Source: Eledone cirrhosa
Lineage: Eukaryota
Assembly: GCA_964016885.1 (NCBI GenBank)
Contig: OZ024741.1
Span: forward strand, 52,700,001 to 52,764,000
Reading direction: 5' to 3'
Length of the DNA stretch: 64,000 bases
In this document: in pieces, positions 13,177-27,536 of the stretch
Numbering within the stretch: the stretch's first letter is position 1
Layout of the letters: every line of letters begins with the position of its first letter
Notes under the pieces: generated by a model
What the model was told of the DNA's origin: nothing
The model's input: the letters and a program-made list of their open reading frames with translations, nothing else
Database searches by the model: none
Program-made: the position numbers and the translations under genes

Positions 13177-14137
13177 AATTGTCCATGTACTTGTTATTTC
13201 CACGTTTTCTGTTACCTATATACCTCTCGTGTTTTTTAAATTAATTATATATATATATATGATTGTTATTCAAAGTTTAATCAATTAGTAGCTTGGGCCG
13301 CGTTTGTAATACTTCAATAAGTCAATAACGCATTTGTTGTCGCATGCATCTTGCTAGTTGTAATATAGGATCACCTCGGCAGTACATGACGGAATATGTG
13401 TATAGTAAAAACGAATTTGTAGATTAGTTTTCCAGAATACACTTTATTTGGAAATATGCTGTTATACGAATTTCTGCGGTGCCAGTCTTTATTACGTAAT
13501 GATATAGTTACGTATTTATTGAAACGACTTCTTCAGACAGCATTTTTTTAGCTTACACAATTTGGTGATAAGATGGTCCTATTTTCGTACTTGCTTTTTC
13601 AAAGTTCCGACTCCATATGGTACAGGAATCCATAATTTTCTCTACGTGTTGGCAGGCGTCGTTTAGATGTGGGGGTTTATTCAACTGCACATTATTTCAT
13701 TGCTCCTGAAGACTGATTCTCAACTTGATTAATGAGATTCGTGACAGACATCATCTCACCAATATACTATTCTATTCTTCCCTGGACACTTGTGGCAACA
13801 GATTACAATGTTGATGTGACATTCATGAAGCTGTATTCAGCTAATAAATCAGTTCTATCTTCTAGAGATGGTTCCCCGGTGATCCCTTATCATATTTACG
13901 GTCTCGTTTGTTTCCAGTTATTACTATTGTTTTAGTTCAGTGAAAATATGATTGAGTGAGCGTCTATTAAGTTAATTCTCAAATGGATACATGATAAATA
14001 TATTATAGTATGAAGTGTGAGTGGCAGTATGAGTGGCAGTGTGAGTGGCAGTGTGAGTGTATGTTGGTATGCGCGCGCGGATGTGTACGTCTACTTCCTC
14101 GTTATTATATTTTATATTGTCATATGGTTATATTAAC

Positions 14138-14329
14138 ATGAAGAAGAAGAAAACGGAGGAGAAGGAGGAGGAGGGGAAGAAAATGTAGAAGAAAAATGAG
14201 GAGAAGGAGGAGGAGGAGAGAGGTAGAAGAAGGAGGAGGAAGAGGAGGAGAAAAAGAAGAAGAAAAATGAGGACAAGGAGAGGGGAAGAAGAAGAAGAAG
14301 AAGAAGAAGAAGAAGAAGAAGAAGAAGAA
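14138..14329. repeat. Purine-rich (GAA/GGA)n tract
   Basis: Seen directly. Confidence 0.9.
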
Positions 14330-14409
14330 TTGTTCAATACTCGAAAAAGAAAAAAGATATAGAAAAAATGACCAACTTATCTGAGAAGAAATAAGACAAA
14401 GTCATATAA

Positions 14410-15330
14410 CTAAGCAAATATTGATTACAGCAGAGGAACAAAGTTTTCGCACAAAAGATTATCAAAAGCATAAAATGAATTATAATATATTATACTTACT
14501 TAATAATGTTGATGTAGCCAACATTGAAATTTTTATTTCTGCACACTCCATTTTTTTAACCCTTAAAGCTAAAGATTTTTTTACAATATTAACAAAAATA
14601 TAAAACAAAACAATTAATAGCATTAAAGAAATATATCACTCCTTTTGATATAAAAATTAAATTAGGAATTAATCTAATAAATATATATATAAATAAATAT
14701 AACCAATAGACCCAACGATGTGAAAGGTGGGAGAAAACAAACATTGACTGCTCAGTCTTAGCTTTCATACACTGGAAAATGTGCCAGTACCAGCATTGCG
14801 CAAACCAAGAGAAATGGTGTAGTATAAACTCTACCAGGAAATGACAAAGGACAATACTCTGAGGTATGTTAAACCACTCAGACAAGGAGATCAAATCTGA
14901 TCGACCAGCTGTTATGAAGCGTCATCCAAGTATTAATCCTAACAGACGACACACTATCTCTGAAAGACATGAAGAAATTACCCAATATAAAGATTTAGAA
15001 AACTTACGGACTGTAATACAAGTCTTACGAATAAGTAAACAAAAGATGGAGATAAATCTGCACAGTTGAAAACAAAAATGCAGAACACAGAAAATATAAT
15101 TTCCTGCATGGTTATCCTTTTTCTTGTTGTACCGTTCATCTCATCAACCTCAGCTCTTGTCTACTTGAGGATATCATCATTGTACCATATTATAGATACA
15201 GCTGAAGTGTTTACAGTAAAAATCAAGTGTCTTGAACGTTGTGTGGCCTGAAAGAGAAGCTTTAGCTTGTGGAAATATGTCTTTTTACGTCGTCCTTCAC
15301 TGAGCCACGCAATATCTTATGAATCAATAT
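14410..15330. pseudogene. Decayed R4/Dong-like non-LTR retrotransposon fragments
   Basis: Plus strand gives ITAEEQSFRTKDY, AFIHWKMCQY and HSDKEIKSDRPA..ITQYKDLE (restriction-like endonuclease region). Minus strand ~15100-15265 gives TVNTSAVSIIWY..ILK*TRAEVDEMNGTTRKRITM (post-RT region). Confidence 0.6.
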
Positions 15331-15659
15331 TTGTAATTACCATCACTTGGGCTACTCAATCCTTCATGATATGATAATTCGATGTTAGTTACATGGGACT
15401 CCCCTCTTTTCAAGTTAACGATTGCTCAGTTAACGACACTAAATGCCTTGGTAACGTCTTACAACTGTCTGTAGTAGCGACTCTAATTATGTGTCAGACA
15501 TCACATACAGTTTCATATCCAGAAGAAAGCGTGAGTAACAGAATGACGAAACTAACATACACTTGGATTTGTTACTACACACAGGCAGAAAGATGACGGA
15601 CGATTGATCAGATATTAAGTTAAAGACCACAAAGAAAATAAATGCCTTCTAATTGTCGT

Positions 15660-15812
15660 ATCAGTCACCGTAGACGATTTTTTTTTATCGACTCCGTAAG
15701 GATGAAAGGCAAAGTTAACCTCGAAGGGATTTGAACTCAGATCATAAGGGCCGTAGCTCTATGTTGCAAAGCATGGTGTCCGACTCTCTATCGATACTGC
15801 CAATCCACCGCC
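15660..15812 (-). mobile_element. tRNA-derived SINE
   Basis: Minus strand has an A-box-like TGGCAGTATCGA, B-box GAGTTCAAATCC and the conserved body GCCTTTCATCCTTACGGAGTCGATAAAA. Confidence 0.75.
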
Positions 15813-16065
15813 CTGGTATGGAGAAATAATAGAAATATAATGTTTTGGGAGAAAGAAATGTCTCAAATATGGATAACGAATATAGAAATAATAGTTATAA
15901 TAATAAGTGCCCTGGGAACGAACCCAGACTGGCACAAAACACAAAAATATAGCACCACTAGGCATAGCACACATATTACAAAAAATACTTTCAATACAAT
16001 AGAAGCGACAAATCCAAGCCGCACAGAGATGTGCTCGGTAATGCAGTTACGACATGCAATGAAAA

Positions 16066-16200
16066 TATGACTAATGATAATAATAACAACACCAGCAACA
16101 ATAATGATGATAATTCTGATGATGATGGTAGTGATGATGATAATAATAATGAGGATGATGATGGTGATGATAATAATGATAATGATGATGATGATGATGT
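16066..16200. repeat. Degenerate (GAT/AAT)n microsatellite
   Basis: Seen directly. Confidence 0.85.
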
Positions 16201-17029
16201 TGAGATTGCTAGTAATATCTAACACTGCATAATGATTTCTAATATAATATAACACAACATAATGGCATCCAATAATATAGTTTCTCTGCTTTTCATTACA
16301 TTGCAAGCTTTGCTAAAAGTTTAGTCACGCAAATAATACAAAAGACGAAAGAGTAACAAAACATTACATATTGCGTGTTTGTCTGGCATTTGAATTTCTT
16401 TTAACAGAATTTCCGTGAATTTCCCCAAATAACTAAGTAACTAACACTTCTAAATCTGAAGTAAGTTCATATGAGGTGGACATAGGAGAATATGGGTCTT
16501 CGTATTGCCGTTTCAAACAACTGACCTTCGTCAAATAACTTTTACTAATTGCAACTCACACTTAGTTTTCAATGGGCTCGTATTTTTCTTGGCTGAATTA
16601 ATCACGCCGTATTTTAAAGAGGTTGCGAATATTTATTATTCTTGTTGTTGAGCCTTACGTCTACACTAATCAAGCAGGTATCCCAACAATAATCACCACG
16701 CGTTTTCCATACAGCACTTGCTTCCGTGACAACACTACTCAATGTGTTCTATTTTTAAAGACCTTATGATGTGACTTGAGCGGAGTTTGTCTGCTATTTC
16801 TAGCTGGTCGAGATATTTGGCAGAATTCCCTCGTTTGCACGTGTTTAGGGACAGTTGATGCTATTTTTATTATTATTTGCAAACTACTATTTGAAAAGTT
16901 CTTTGATGAAAAGTCTTCCAATCATATCCATCCAATCATTTGAGGTATTTGAGTAGAACTGCCTTAATCAGAGTGTCTTTTAAAAGATATCTAAATGTAA
17001 TTTGAGATAGGCATGAAAGAGAATGATGG

Positions 17030-17075
17030 AGAGAGCGAGAGAGAGAGCGAGAGAGAGAGAAAGAGAGAGAGAGAA

Positions 17076-17135
<60 letters not shown>
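17030..17135. repeat. (GA)n microsatellite
   Basis: Seen directly. Confidence 0.95.
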
Positions 17136-17140
<5 letters not shown>

Positions 17141-17429
17141 CATACATATACATAGGGCTGTATGTGAACGTGTATGTAATATCTCACATACACTCCGCCT
17201 TGACCTCTGTGACTCACTTTCTCCTCAAACTTTTAGCCATTTTGAATTTGAGAAGAGAAAAAATTTGAAACGTGCTTTAAGAACCCGTCCCTCGAGGAAA
17301 GATATATGTGTGACTGAGTTTGCTTAGTCTATTGCGAAATAGGTGAGAGTGTTTTTAGCTGAGCACGGTCGGTGTAAATGTGCAAAATAGGACAAAAACG
17401 TAACTTCAAATAAACCGATGTCATCCCAA

Positions 17430-17650
17430 GGCAGCCAATCGGTAGGGTGCCGGATACCTTGGTTTGCGGCAAAGAGTTATTGCCCTTTTCGCATAGAGTT
17501 CAAATCTCGCCCAGGTTAGGTTTGCCTTTCATCCTTACGGGGTCGATGAAATAAAGCATTAATAATGCACTGGGGTCGATTTACTCGACTTCCCCACACT
17601 TCAAAATTGCTGGCCTTGTGCCTGAAGCAGAAACAATTATTATTATTATC
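17430..17650 (+). mobile_element. tRNA-derived SINE (same family as 15660)
   Basis: B-box GAGTTCAAATCT, body GCCTTTCATCCTTACGGGGTCGATGAAA and an (ATT)n tail. Confidence 0.8.
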
Positions 17651-18879
17651 AAACTCATGGAAAAGGAGACATTACTTTATTCATAAAATAAGATGTTTAG
17701 TCACTTCTTTGTTCAGACATTTAAACGGCGATTTGAAAAAATAAATAAATAAATAAGTTAAAATAAAGATAAATAAATAATTAAAACAAAACAAAAAATA
17801 AAAAATGGCTGATCTTTTCAGCTGTCTCCTCTTAAGTCAAAATATTAATTAAGATTCCAAGTCTAAATATTTGTACTGGCAATATACGAATCACTTTTAT
17901 ATGTATATGAGTTCATATAAATATATATATTGTGTGTATGTAGGTATGTTTTTAAATATGTATGCGCGTATGGATGGATGTGTGTGCATCTGTATATATA
18001 TACGTACGGAGATATATGATTATATGTATATGTGTGTGTGTGTGTTTGTATGCAAATATATGCAAATATACGTATGTATATATATATATACGCACACATA
18101 TATACATATACATTTATATGCACATGCACACACTGGTGTAGTATGAATATGTATGTTTGCGTGTTCGTATGTCTGCGGATGTGTGTATATAGTTTTGTGT
18201 TGTCGAAATTCGCGCTTCATGTAAATTCAGGCGTTATGCTATTATACTATTGAGAGAAATATGCTTAGACTATGCATGGACACATTCTGCCAAAATATAC
18301 CGTAAAAAAAAGATAAAACCATAAAAATAATATGGAAATCTACAAGCAAATGCAAGCAGACTCCAGCATATAAAGTATATAACCACATTTATATACATTT
18401 ACACGCCCTACACATACAAACACATACACACACATATATATAGTTCAAGAATAAATAAGAAAAACACAAAGATGCACACAAACACACACACACGCACTCA
18501 CACGCGTACACACACACATATACATATATATTCATTTATATATAGTATATATATATATATATATATATATAGTAATAATAATAAATTTCAAGACTAAAAT
18601 CCAAAGAGGGCTCGATAAGGATAAATATATATCAAATATATAAGACCCGTAGAGCAAATATTTATTAAAATAACAGATTAAAGTTTAAGCAAAGAATCGC
18701 TGCTTTCACCCTTAACGGGATCTTTTGAAACTAACAAAGTCAATCTGTAAACGGAGAAGTGGATATTTCAAAAAACGTTGCAACCGGAGGAAGACAGGAA
18801 GACGATACTTTGGTTGGTGGAAACGTTCCCTGGCAAAGAACGGGAAAAAACGAATATAATACGTCATTAATAGGATACG

Positions 18880-19773
18880 CTTAATTACATAAGTAAGCAT
18901 TCCAACCATCCTGCCAGCATAACCAAGAACCTGGTAAGAAACGTTTCGTTGAGGCTTTCCCTTCTATCTACTAACGAGCATATTTTCAACGACCATTCCA
19001 CTTATTACAATGAAGCTCTTGCTCGGAGTGGATTTGTCGATAAGGTAGCATATACAGAGTACGAAAATAGACCTAGAAGTAATAGATCCCGTCGCATTCG
19101 TTGATATAACCCACCATATAATATGGAGGTGGCCACACCATTAGCTAAGATCTTTCTTTCCCTTATTACGAAGCATTTTCCCCCTACACATAAATATAGT
19201 AAAATTTTTAATAGAAATACTATTAAAATTTCTTACTCTATGACTCCTAACCTTGCACATAACATCACAGCTTCAAATTTAGCTATACTACCTAACCGCA
19301 AGAACACGTGCAACCCTGTAGTTAGTACTAACTGTAATTGTAGGAATCGGATTGATTGCCCCCTATCTGGGAAATGCCTCTCTAGTAACATTGTCTACAA
19401 ATGTAAGGTTGTAACACCCACGTCCCGTAGGGCCTACATAGGGTTAACCGCCAATAGATTCAAGCAGCGTCTTTACATGCATACCCATTCTTTTCGTTAC
19501 CCTCTTAGAAGGCATATGACGTCACTTTCAGCTTATATCTGGAGTCTAAAAGACAACCACACCCAATTTAAGTTACACTGGGAGATCCTAGCTAGGGCTA
19601 GATCGTTTAACGGAAATAAAAGACCATGTGACCTCTGCGCCGCTGAGGCCCTGGAAATACTCTACGCCACAGACCACATCTTAAACAAAAAATCTGAGGC
19701 AATTTCGGCTTGTAAACATAAATTGCACAAAACTTTCCTGTATTACAGCCCCACATTATACCCTAACGGATAG
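18880..19773 (+). pseudogene. Naiad-type PLE thumb plus GIY-YIG remnant
   Basis: YISKHSNHP..YYNEAL..(W->TGA)YNPPYN..CNCRNRIDCPLSGKC..IVY..YIG..CDLC..E..LN..E..CKH. Confidence 0.88.
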
Positions 19774-20704
19774 TACGATCTATACGTGGATTTTTTACGT
19801 CTTGATGTGGCAGCTAAGTATATGTTTTGTTTATACCATTACTTATTTGCATAGGTAAGTATATATTACCTGCATGTTTTGTGAAGGTACGTATACTTTC
19901 TCATACGTATATTTGATTGTTATGGCGTATAATTTTTATATATTTCTGGTACATATGGTTTAGTTATGTGTATACGGGAGTTTTGCGTCTGTGTGTGTAT
20001 GCAGGTTCGTACGTATGTAGGGTGTGTGTATATGTGTACTTCATGTTTTGGCTGACTTACGTCTTCTAACATTTGTGTATTTACATGTAGGTATGTGTGT
20101 GCGCTTGTTATATACGTATTTATTTATTTATATACGTTTATTTAATTATTTATTTATTTGTAGACACGCACACGCACACACATATTTATATGTGCGTGGT
20201 TTTGTATACCTATGACAAGTGTTTTGCGTATGCTTGTGTATGTACGTATTTGTTTGCGGGTATGTATTTACTTATTTCTATTACCCCTGTATTGTATTTA
20301 TTTACTTTATTCTTAACTCTGAAGCGGAGATTCATTCGGTTTCCTAGTTAGAATTTAGTCTACGACTTCAGCTATACCATTTACGTGGTTTTTTCTTTGC
20401 GTGCAATTGTTCTCAACGCTCCACATATGACGTATTATCTTCGTTTTTTTCCGTTCATTGCCAGAGAACGTCTCTATGAACCACCTAAGAGAACATTAGT
20501 CTACGACTTCTTTTATACCATAAACGTGGTTCTGTCTTTGCGCGTAATTGTTTTTCACCGCTCCTATTAATGACGTATTATATTCGTTTTTTCCCGTTCT
20601 TTGCCAGGGAACGTTTCCACGAACCAAAGTATCGTCTTCCTGTCTTCCCCCGGTTGCAACGTTTTTTGAAATATCCACTTCTGCGTTTACAGATTGACTT
20701 TGTT

Positions 20705-20755
20705 AGTTTCAGAAGATCCCGTTAAGAGTGAAAGCAGCGATTCTTTGCTTAAACT
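20705..20755 (+). ncRNA. Type I hammerhead variant (CAGAAGA core)
   Basis: AGTTT-CAGAAGA-T-CCC-GTTAA-G(A/G)G-T-GAAA-GCA..TGC-TT-AAACT. Inverted copy at ~18682-18732. Confidence 0.6.
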
Positions 20756-20800
20756 TTAATCTGTTATTTTAATAAATATATATATAAATATATATATATA

Positions 20801-20982
20801 TCGTTTTTGTATTTGTATTGCAAGTTTTCTTATCTGAAGACGTTTGTTGAAACAGATGTTGTTATACTTTGGGAGGGTCATGTTGCTAATAAAAACACAC
20901 GCACATGTCAGTTTTCACTTCAATTTATTATACCCTCCCAGTCGGTTAGTATGATAAACGGATGCCAAAAGTAGAAACAATT
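20801..20982 (+). repeat. Dispersed repeat with minimal type I HHR motif
   Basis: TAT-CTGAAGA(20834-20840)-CGTTTGTT-GAAA-CAGATGTTG-TT-ATA. Homologous to 3157 and 1703. Confidence 0.6.
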
Positions 20983-20988
20983 ATATAT

Positions 20989-21900
<912 letters not shown>

Positions 21901-21920
21901 ATATATATATATATATATAT

Positions 21921-22526
21921 TAGGTTATGCAAGAAATGCTTAGGATTATCCTGAATGCACTAATGGTTAATTACTACACTAGATAGAGTCGACGTACCAG
22001 TTACAAAAGAACAGTTAAAGAAACTTGATTTTCGATTCTTCTATATTCCGGAATGTAGATAAAAAATTATTAATAAAACAGGGAGACATCATAAAAAGGT
22101 AATTTATTCTAAGTTTTTACAAATGTTTCTTTTGTAGTTACACAGCCTAGTCATGTTATATACAAATTAGTAGTTATTAATTTTCAGATACTCAATTTTC
22201 AAATGCTGCTCGTACCAAATCTTCAGAACGAATGGTTGAATCGTGGTTTCTTTATATTTCTTAAAGGGAGTAATTGGGGAAGATAGAGTAGAAAAGAGAT
22301 TAAGAAAGGGAAAGAGAGAGATATATATGTAGGGGTAGGAGAAATGGGAGAAAGAGGTTTGAAGAATACAAATAGCTTAATCTAAATCCTGTGCTAGCGG
22401 TCCAAGTGGTTTTATTATACTGCTTACTCTCAAAGTGACAACTTAGGCATTGTGTTGATATTATCAAGTTCGGAATTATTTATAGCTACAGAGAGCAGGT
22501 TAATAGATGTAGAGAAGGAGAGAGAT

Positions 22527-22593
<67 letters not shown>

Positions 22594-22730
22594 GAGAGAG
22601 AGAGAGTGGGGACTGAAAAAAGTTAGGGAGAAGGGGAAGGAAAGGCGATATAGACCGAGTTGATAGTTGTAGTTTGCTGATCGTACTTAAGTATCCATTT
22701 ATTACGATAAGCAAGGTACTGGTTAGTAGT

Positions 22731-22761
<31 letters not shown>

Positions 22762-24134
22762 GGGGGGTTATAGTTAGGAAGTAAGTAATGAGTTAAATTA
22801 GTTAGCGAGAAAGTGGTGTAATAGTCTCGGGTTCAAATTATGTTAAATTACTTTTATAGTGAGAAAATTTAGCCTTCAGTTTGTGGTTGCAGTATAACGA
22901 TCGTTCGATTCTATCATTTAATAAATTGTTTTTAGATTTGAAGATATAAAAAAGTTCAAGGTTGCATAATCTGCAGTATTTTAATCCACTCAGATATGCA
23001 CTAGCGCTGGATAATTTATCCCATTTTAGGATGAACTGCTGGTTGTATTCGAGGAGTTGCCAGGTCTTATTAGCGAATGTAGTTACATAACGGTGTTCAG
23101 GATGTTTAATCGAAAATTGATTACGATAGCAGCGTGATTTAAAGGAGGTAGTGGTACCCCGACGTAATACCATTTCTGGTCGTTTGATTCGACAGTACAT
23201 TGATAAACAATGTTGGACTCCAGAATATAGAAAGGCTACGCAAAAATATTAAGAAATCTTTTAGGGAACTGGGTCTGAAAATAACGTATGAATACAATCT
23301 TAAAGAAGCGAATTTTCTAGACGTAACTCTTAATTTGAACACAGGAATGTTACAACCTTTCCACAAGATAAACGAGAACCTTACCTATATTAATTACAAC
23401 TCGAATCACCCACTTTCCATGATTAAATCGGTTCCTCGTAGTATTTCTCTTAGAATCTCTCGCCTATCGTCTAACTCTCAGATTTTCAGCGAACATGCAG
23501 AATACTATAATAACGCACTAGGGAATGCTGACCACCGGGATAAAATGGAATACATTGATAAGAATCACAGAGCACACATAGCAACACACAGAATCGAATA
23601 ATATGTAACCGGGGCACAGACATACAAACACACACACACAGTACCACCAGACATACTAATAATAGAAAATCATCACCAAATTCAAGTAAATTACGTTTCA
23701 GGAAGTATGTCTCGTATAATCCCATTTTTAATGCTTCTATTAGTACAAAACTATCTCTTTTATTCTTTAAATTAATTAACAAGCATTTCCCTAATTCCCA
23801 TAAATACAGTAAAATTCTAAACTCTAAGACTATTAAGCTATCATACTCCACTGCACCAAACCTAGGTACACAAATAAAAAAACTTAACTTAAAGCGATTA
23901 TTAAACAACACTACAAAACAAAATATTTTAGACACAGATGGGCATACGTAATATCAACTTCCCAACCACCAAATGGGAAACGAGTATTACACAACCCATG
24001 TGTACTGTTATCCCAACATATCCATGGTACAGTTGTTACCCAAAACAAAAACTGTAATTGCCACCTACCCGAGAGATGCCCATTGAAGAATAAATGCCTG
24101 GAGTCCAACATTGTTTATCAATGCACTGTTGAAT
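21921..24134 (-). mobile_element. 5'-truncated Naiad-type PLE with internal inversion (close relative of 6981-10250)
   Basis: Minus 23223->22838 encodes the GIY-YIG C-terminus (CRLCNLE..LNDRIERSLYCNH). Plus 23221-24134 encodes the thumb/linker (FLDV, SNHP, CNC..CPL..C). pLTR at 21921-22250. Confidence 0.9.
22118..22226 (-). ncRNA. Type I hammerhead with long stem II insertion
   Basis: Minus strand reads CTGAAGA...GAAA-CATTTG-TA, with the same spacing as 10076-10184 and 1517-1625. Confidence 0.55.
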
Positions 24135-24139
24135 GCTGA

Positions 24140-25085
24140 AATATTTATTACATTATTGGATGATGATCCAACTTAATCAACAGTGTAAAATAGGCAGCTG
24201 AATGTAGGAAGAAAAGGGATAGTTTTGAAGATAACCTAAAGTCTGGGCGTCCTGCAACTGCCACCACCGAGTAAAACATTGATTGTGTTTACGACATGGT
24301 GATAGATACCAGGCATTTCTGTTTGGTGGGTGCCACGTTTTCTGACACCTGATCAAAAACGCACCAGGCTGATCACGGGAAAATTTGACATTGTTTGAGA
24401 CAAATCCAGTTGGTTTCCTTGTACGTTTTCTAACCCAGAACGAGTGTTGGCTTCGTCACTTTGATCCAGAGATAAAGAGATAATCCATGCTGTGGAAACA
24501 CTCCTCCTCACCTGTTTCAATGAAGGCCAAGCTCGTTTCATTTGCAGGGAAAGTGATGGTCTCAGTTTTTGGGGATGCAAAAGGCATTGTGTTTATTTAC
24601 TATCTTCAAAATGGCCATACCATCAATAGACAGTACTATGAAGTACTTACTGAAGTATTTACGAAAGGCTATTAAGACCAAATACCCAGCAAAACTGATG
24701 AGAAGGGTCTTGTTTCATGAGGACAATCTTGAGTACACACGTCCTTCGTTTCAATGACTGCTGTGCGTGACGGTTGCTTTGAACTGGTTGATCAACCTCC
24801 CCATTCTCTTGATTTGACCCTATCTCACTATCATCTGTTTCCCCACATGGAAAATAACTTGGCTGGGAACCAGTATCGTAGTGATGATGACATCCTATCT
24901 GCTGTTGATGACTTTTTTTTAATCAACAGGATGAAAGCTTCTTCACAAATGTGATCCAATCATGACAACATCGATGAAAGAAGTGTGTTGATCGCAAGGA
25001 GGCAATATGTTGAAAAACAAACATCATTTGGTCACATTCCACGAGAGTATCTTGGTCAGTCTATGAAGTTTTCAGCCGACCCTCG

Positions 25086-25087
<2 letters not shown>
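24140..25087 (+). mobile_element. Decayed mariner (DD34D) DNA transposon, left end missing
   Basis: SGRP, KVMVSVFGDAKG, VLFHEDN and QPPHSLDLTLSHYHLF (YSPDLAPSD-like). Right TIR ..AGTTTTCAGCCGACCCTCG followed by TA. Confidence 0.88.
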
Positions 25088-25117
<30 letters not shown>

Positions 25118-25619
25118 CAAACATATATTGATAAATAATAAATAGGAATAAATTGAGTAAATGAGAAGACACAATACAATATGCTTCCTCCTATTGCTTA
25201 AGCATAGGTTTTATCTAAAACATGCATTTTATTATATATATTCATATATTCTTTCTTCTCCCTGTCTCTCTTACACTTTGTCTTCTTAGAGATATCTCTG
25301 ACTCTCTCATGTTTGATCTTCATGTCGGTTGTTCTTCATGCCGTTTATATTTTTTCTATTGCCATGCTCCCCTTCTTTGCCTTTCATTACTGCTCTCACT
25401 CTCTTTCTCTCGCTCAATGTCTTTATTTCCATGTCTCATAATCTCTCTCTCTCCCTCTCAATAAAATATTTTGCCTCCACTATTCTCCATTGCACCCTTT
25501 TCCTCTCTCGTTCGAGCCTGCCTTTATATCCATGTCTCCTCATTCCCATCCCCATCATTTATATCTTTCTTCATAAATCTCTCCCTTCTCCCATAACTCC
25601 ATCTCTTTCTATTTTTATA

Positions 25620-25930
25620 ACACCCTCTCTCTCCTCACTTAAGTCCACTTCTCTTTATCTCTATCATACTCTCTCACCTTTCTTCCATAACACCCATTCT
25701 CTTTTCCTCTCCATTTCCATAACACTCTCTCTCTCTCGCCTCATCTAAGTCCACTTCTCTTTATCTCTATCATACTCTCTCACCTTTCTTCCATAACACC
25801 CATTCTCTCCTCTCCATTTCCATAACACTCTCTCTCTCCTCATCTAAGTCCACTTCTCTTTATCTCTATCATATTCTCTCACCTTTCTTCCATAACGCCC
25901 ACTCTATTCTCCTCTCCATCTCCATAACGC
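25620..25930. repeat. CT-rich ~100-bp tandem repeat, three copies
   Basis: AAGTCCACTTCTCTTTATCTCTATCATA at 25641, 25747 and 25846. Confidence 0.85.
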
Positions 25931-26366
25931 ACTCTCTCATCCTCTCTCTCCTTCTCTCTGCATGTCCCTACCACATTCATTGTCTGTTCTTCCCTTTCAT
26001 CACATCCATGTCTCTATTTCTCTTTTATCTCCACCACTCTCTCCTTCTAGCTATTCTCTTTACAAAAAAACAAACAAAAAACAAACACTAAACAAAACAG
26101 AACAAAATGACAGCAACAAGATCAACAACAAAAAACTCAAAAACGAAATAAAAAACAACATATAAGACACAATTAGGAAGATAGCAGCAGTTTCTATTGG
26201 TCGTTTCGCCATATTTCAGCATATAATTATTATATTGCAATGGCGGAGAAGAAAAAGTTATAGCTTTTTCAATGGACGAACTCATAGTTGCAGAAAATAT
26301 GAATAAATTTGTTTCTAGCTGATATTTTGAATATTAGATTCCTTTGTTTCAACGTTCTTCTAATTA

Positions 26367-27135
26367 TTGTTGATGCTGTTTCTGTTGTGGTTGATGTTGT
26401 TGTTGTTGCTGTTGGTGGTGGCGGTGTTGTTGATGCTGTGGTTGTTGTTGTTGTGGTTGCTGTGGTTGTTGTTGTGGGTGTTGTTGATGGTGTGGTTGCT
26501 GTTGATGCTGTGGTTGTTGTTGTTGGGGTTACTGTGGTTGTTGTTATTGTGGTTGCTGCCGCTGTTGTTGTTGTTGATGCTGTTGTTGTTGTTGTTGTTG
26601 TTGATGCTGTGACTGTGGTTGTTGTTGTTGTTGTTGTTGTTGTTTTTATTTTTGTTGTTGTTGTTGTTGTTGATGATGTGGTTGTTGTTGTTGTTGTTGT
26701 TTTTATTGTTGTTGTTGTTGTTGTTGTTGATGATGTGGTTGTTGTTGTTGTAGTTGCTGCTGTTGTTGTTGTTGTTGTTGTTGTTGTTGATGCTGTGGTT
26801 TTTGTAGTTGCTGCGGTTGTTGTTGTTGTGGTTGCTGCTGCTGTTGTTGTTGTTGTGGTTGCTGCTGATGTTGTTGTTGTGGTGGTTGCTGCTGCTGTTG
26901 TTGCGATTGATGTTGTTGTTGTTGCTGTTAGTGGTGGTGGTGTTGTTGATGCTGTGATTGTTGTTGTTGTTGTGGTTGCTGTGGTTGTTGTTGTTGTTGA
27001 TGCTGTGGTTGTTGTTGTTGCGGTTGCTGTTGCTGTTGTTGTTGTTGTTGATGATGTGGTTATTGTTGTTGTGGTTGCTGTTGTTGTTGTGGTTTTTGTT
27101 GTTGTTGTGGTTATTGTTGTTGTTGTGGTTGCTGC

Positions 27136-27169
<34 letters not shown>

Positions 27170-27536
27170 GATGCTGCTGTTGTTGTTGTTATTTGTAGTT
27201 GCTCTTGTGGTTGATGATGTTGTTGATGTTGTTGCTGTCGCTGTTTTTGTTGTTACAGTTGTGGTTGATGTTGTTGTTGTTGCTGTTGCTGCTGTTGTTG
27301 TTGTTGTGGTTGATCTTGTTGTTGGTGTTGTTGTTGTTATTGTTGTTGCTGTTGATGTTGTTGTTTCTGTTGATGGTGTTGTTATTGATGCGGTTGTTGT
27401 TGTTATTTGTAGACTGATGTTATTGCTGTTGCTCTTCTTGCTGTTGTTGTGGCTCTGGTTGCTCTTGTGATTATGATTGATGTTGTTACACTTCTTCTTC
27501 TTTCTATTGCTATTGTTGTAGTTGCTGTTGATGTCG
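26367..27536. repeat. Degenerate (GTT)n microsatellite
   Basis: GTT runs interrupted by GCT/GAT/GTG. Confidence 0.9.

Larger units (their letters stand above)
18658..20779 (+). mobile_element. 5'-truncated Naiad-type PLE with inverted partial pLTR
   Basis: 18658-18875 is the reverse complement of 20562-20779. Coding remnant at ~18880-19773. ~141-bp tandem duplication at 20355/20496. Confidence 0.9.

Noticed and set aside
13260-13935. Possible host exon or decayed element
   Set aside because: No recognisable motifs or supportable reading frame.
19102-19104. In-frame TGA as selenocysteine (some Naiads encode selenoproteins)
   Set aside because: It aligns with a conserved Trp (WYNP), not Cys, and the near-intact Naiad ORF has ordinary Cys codons.
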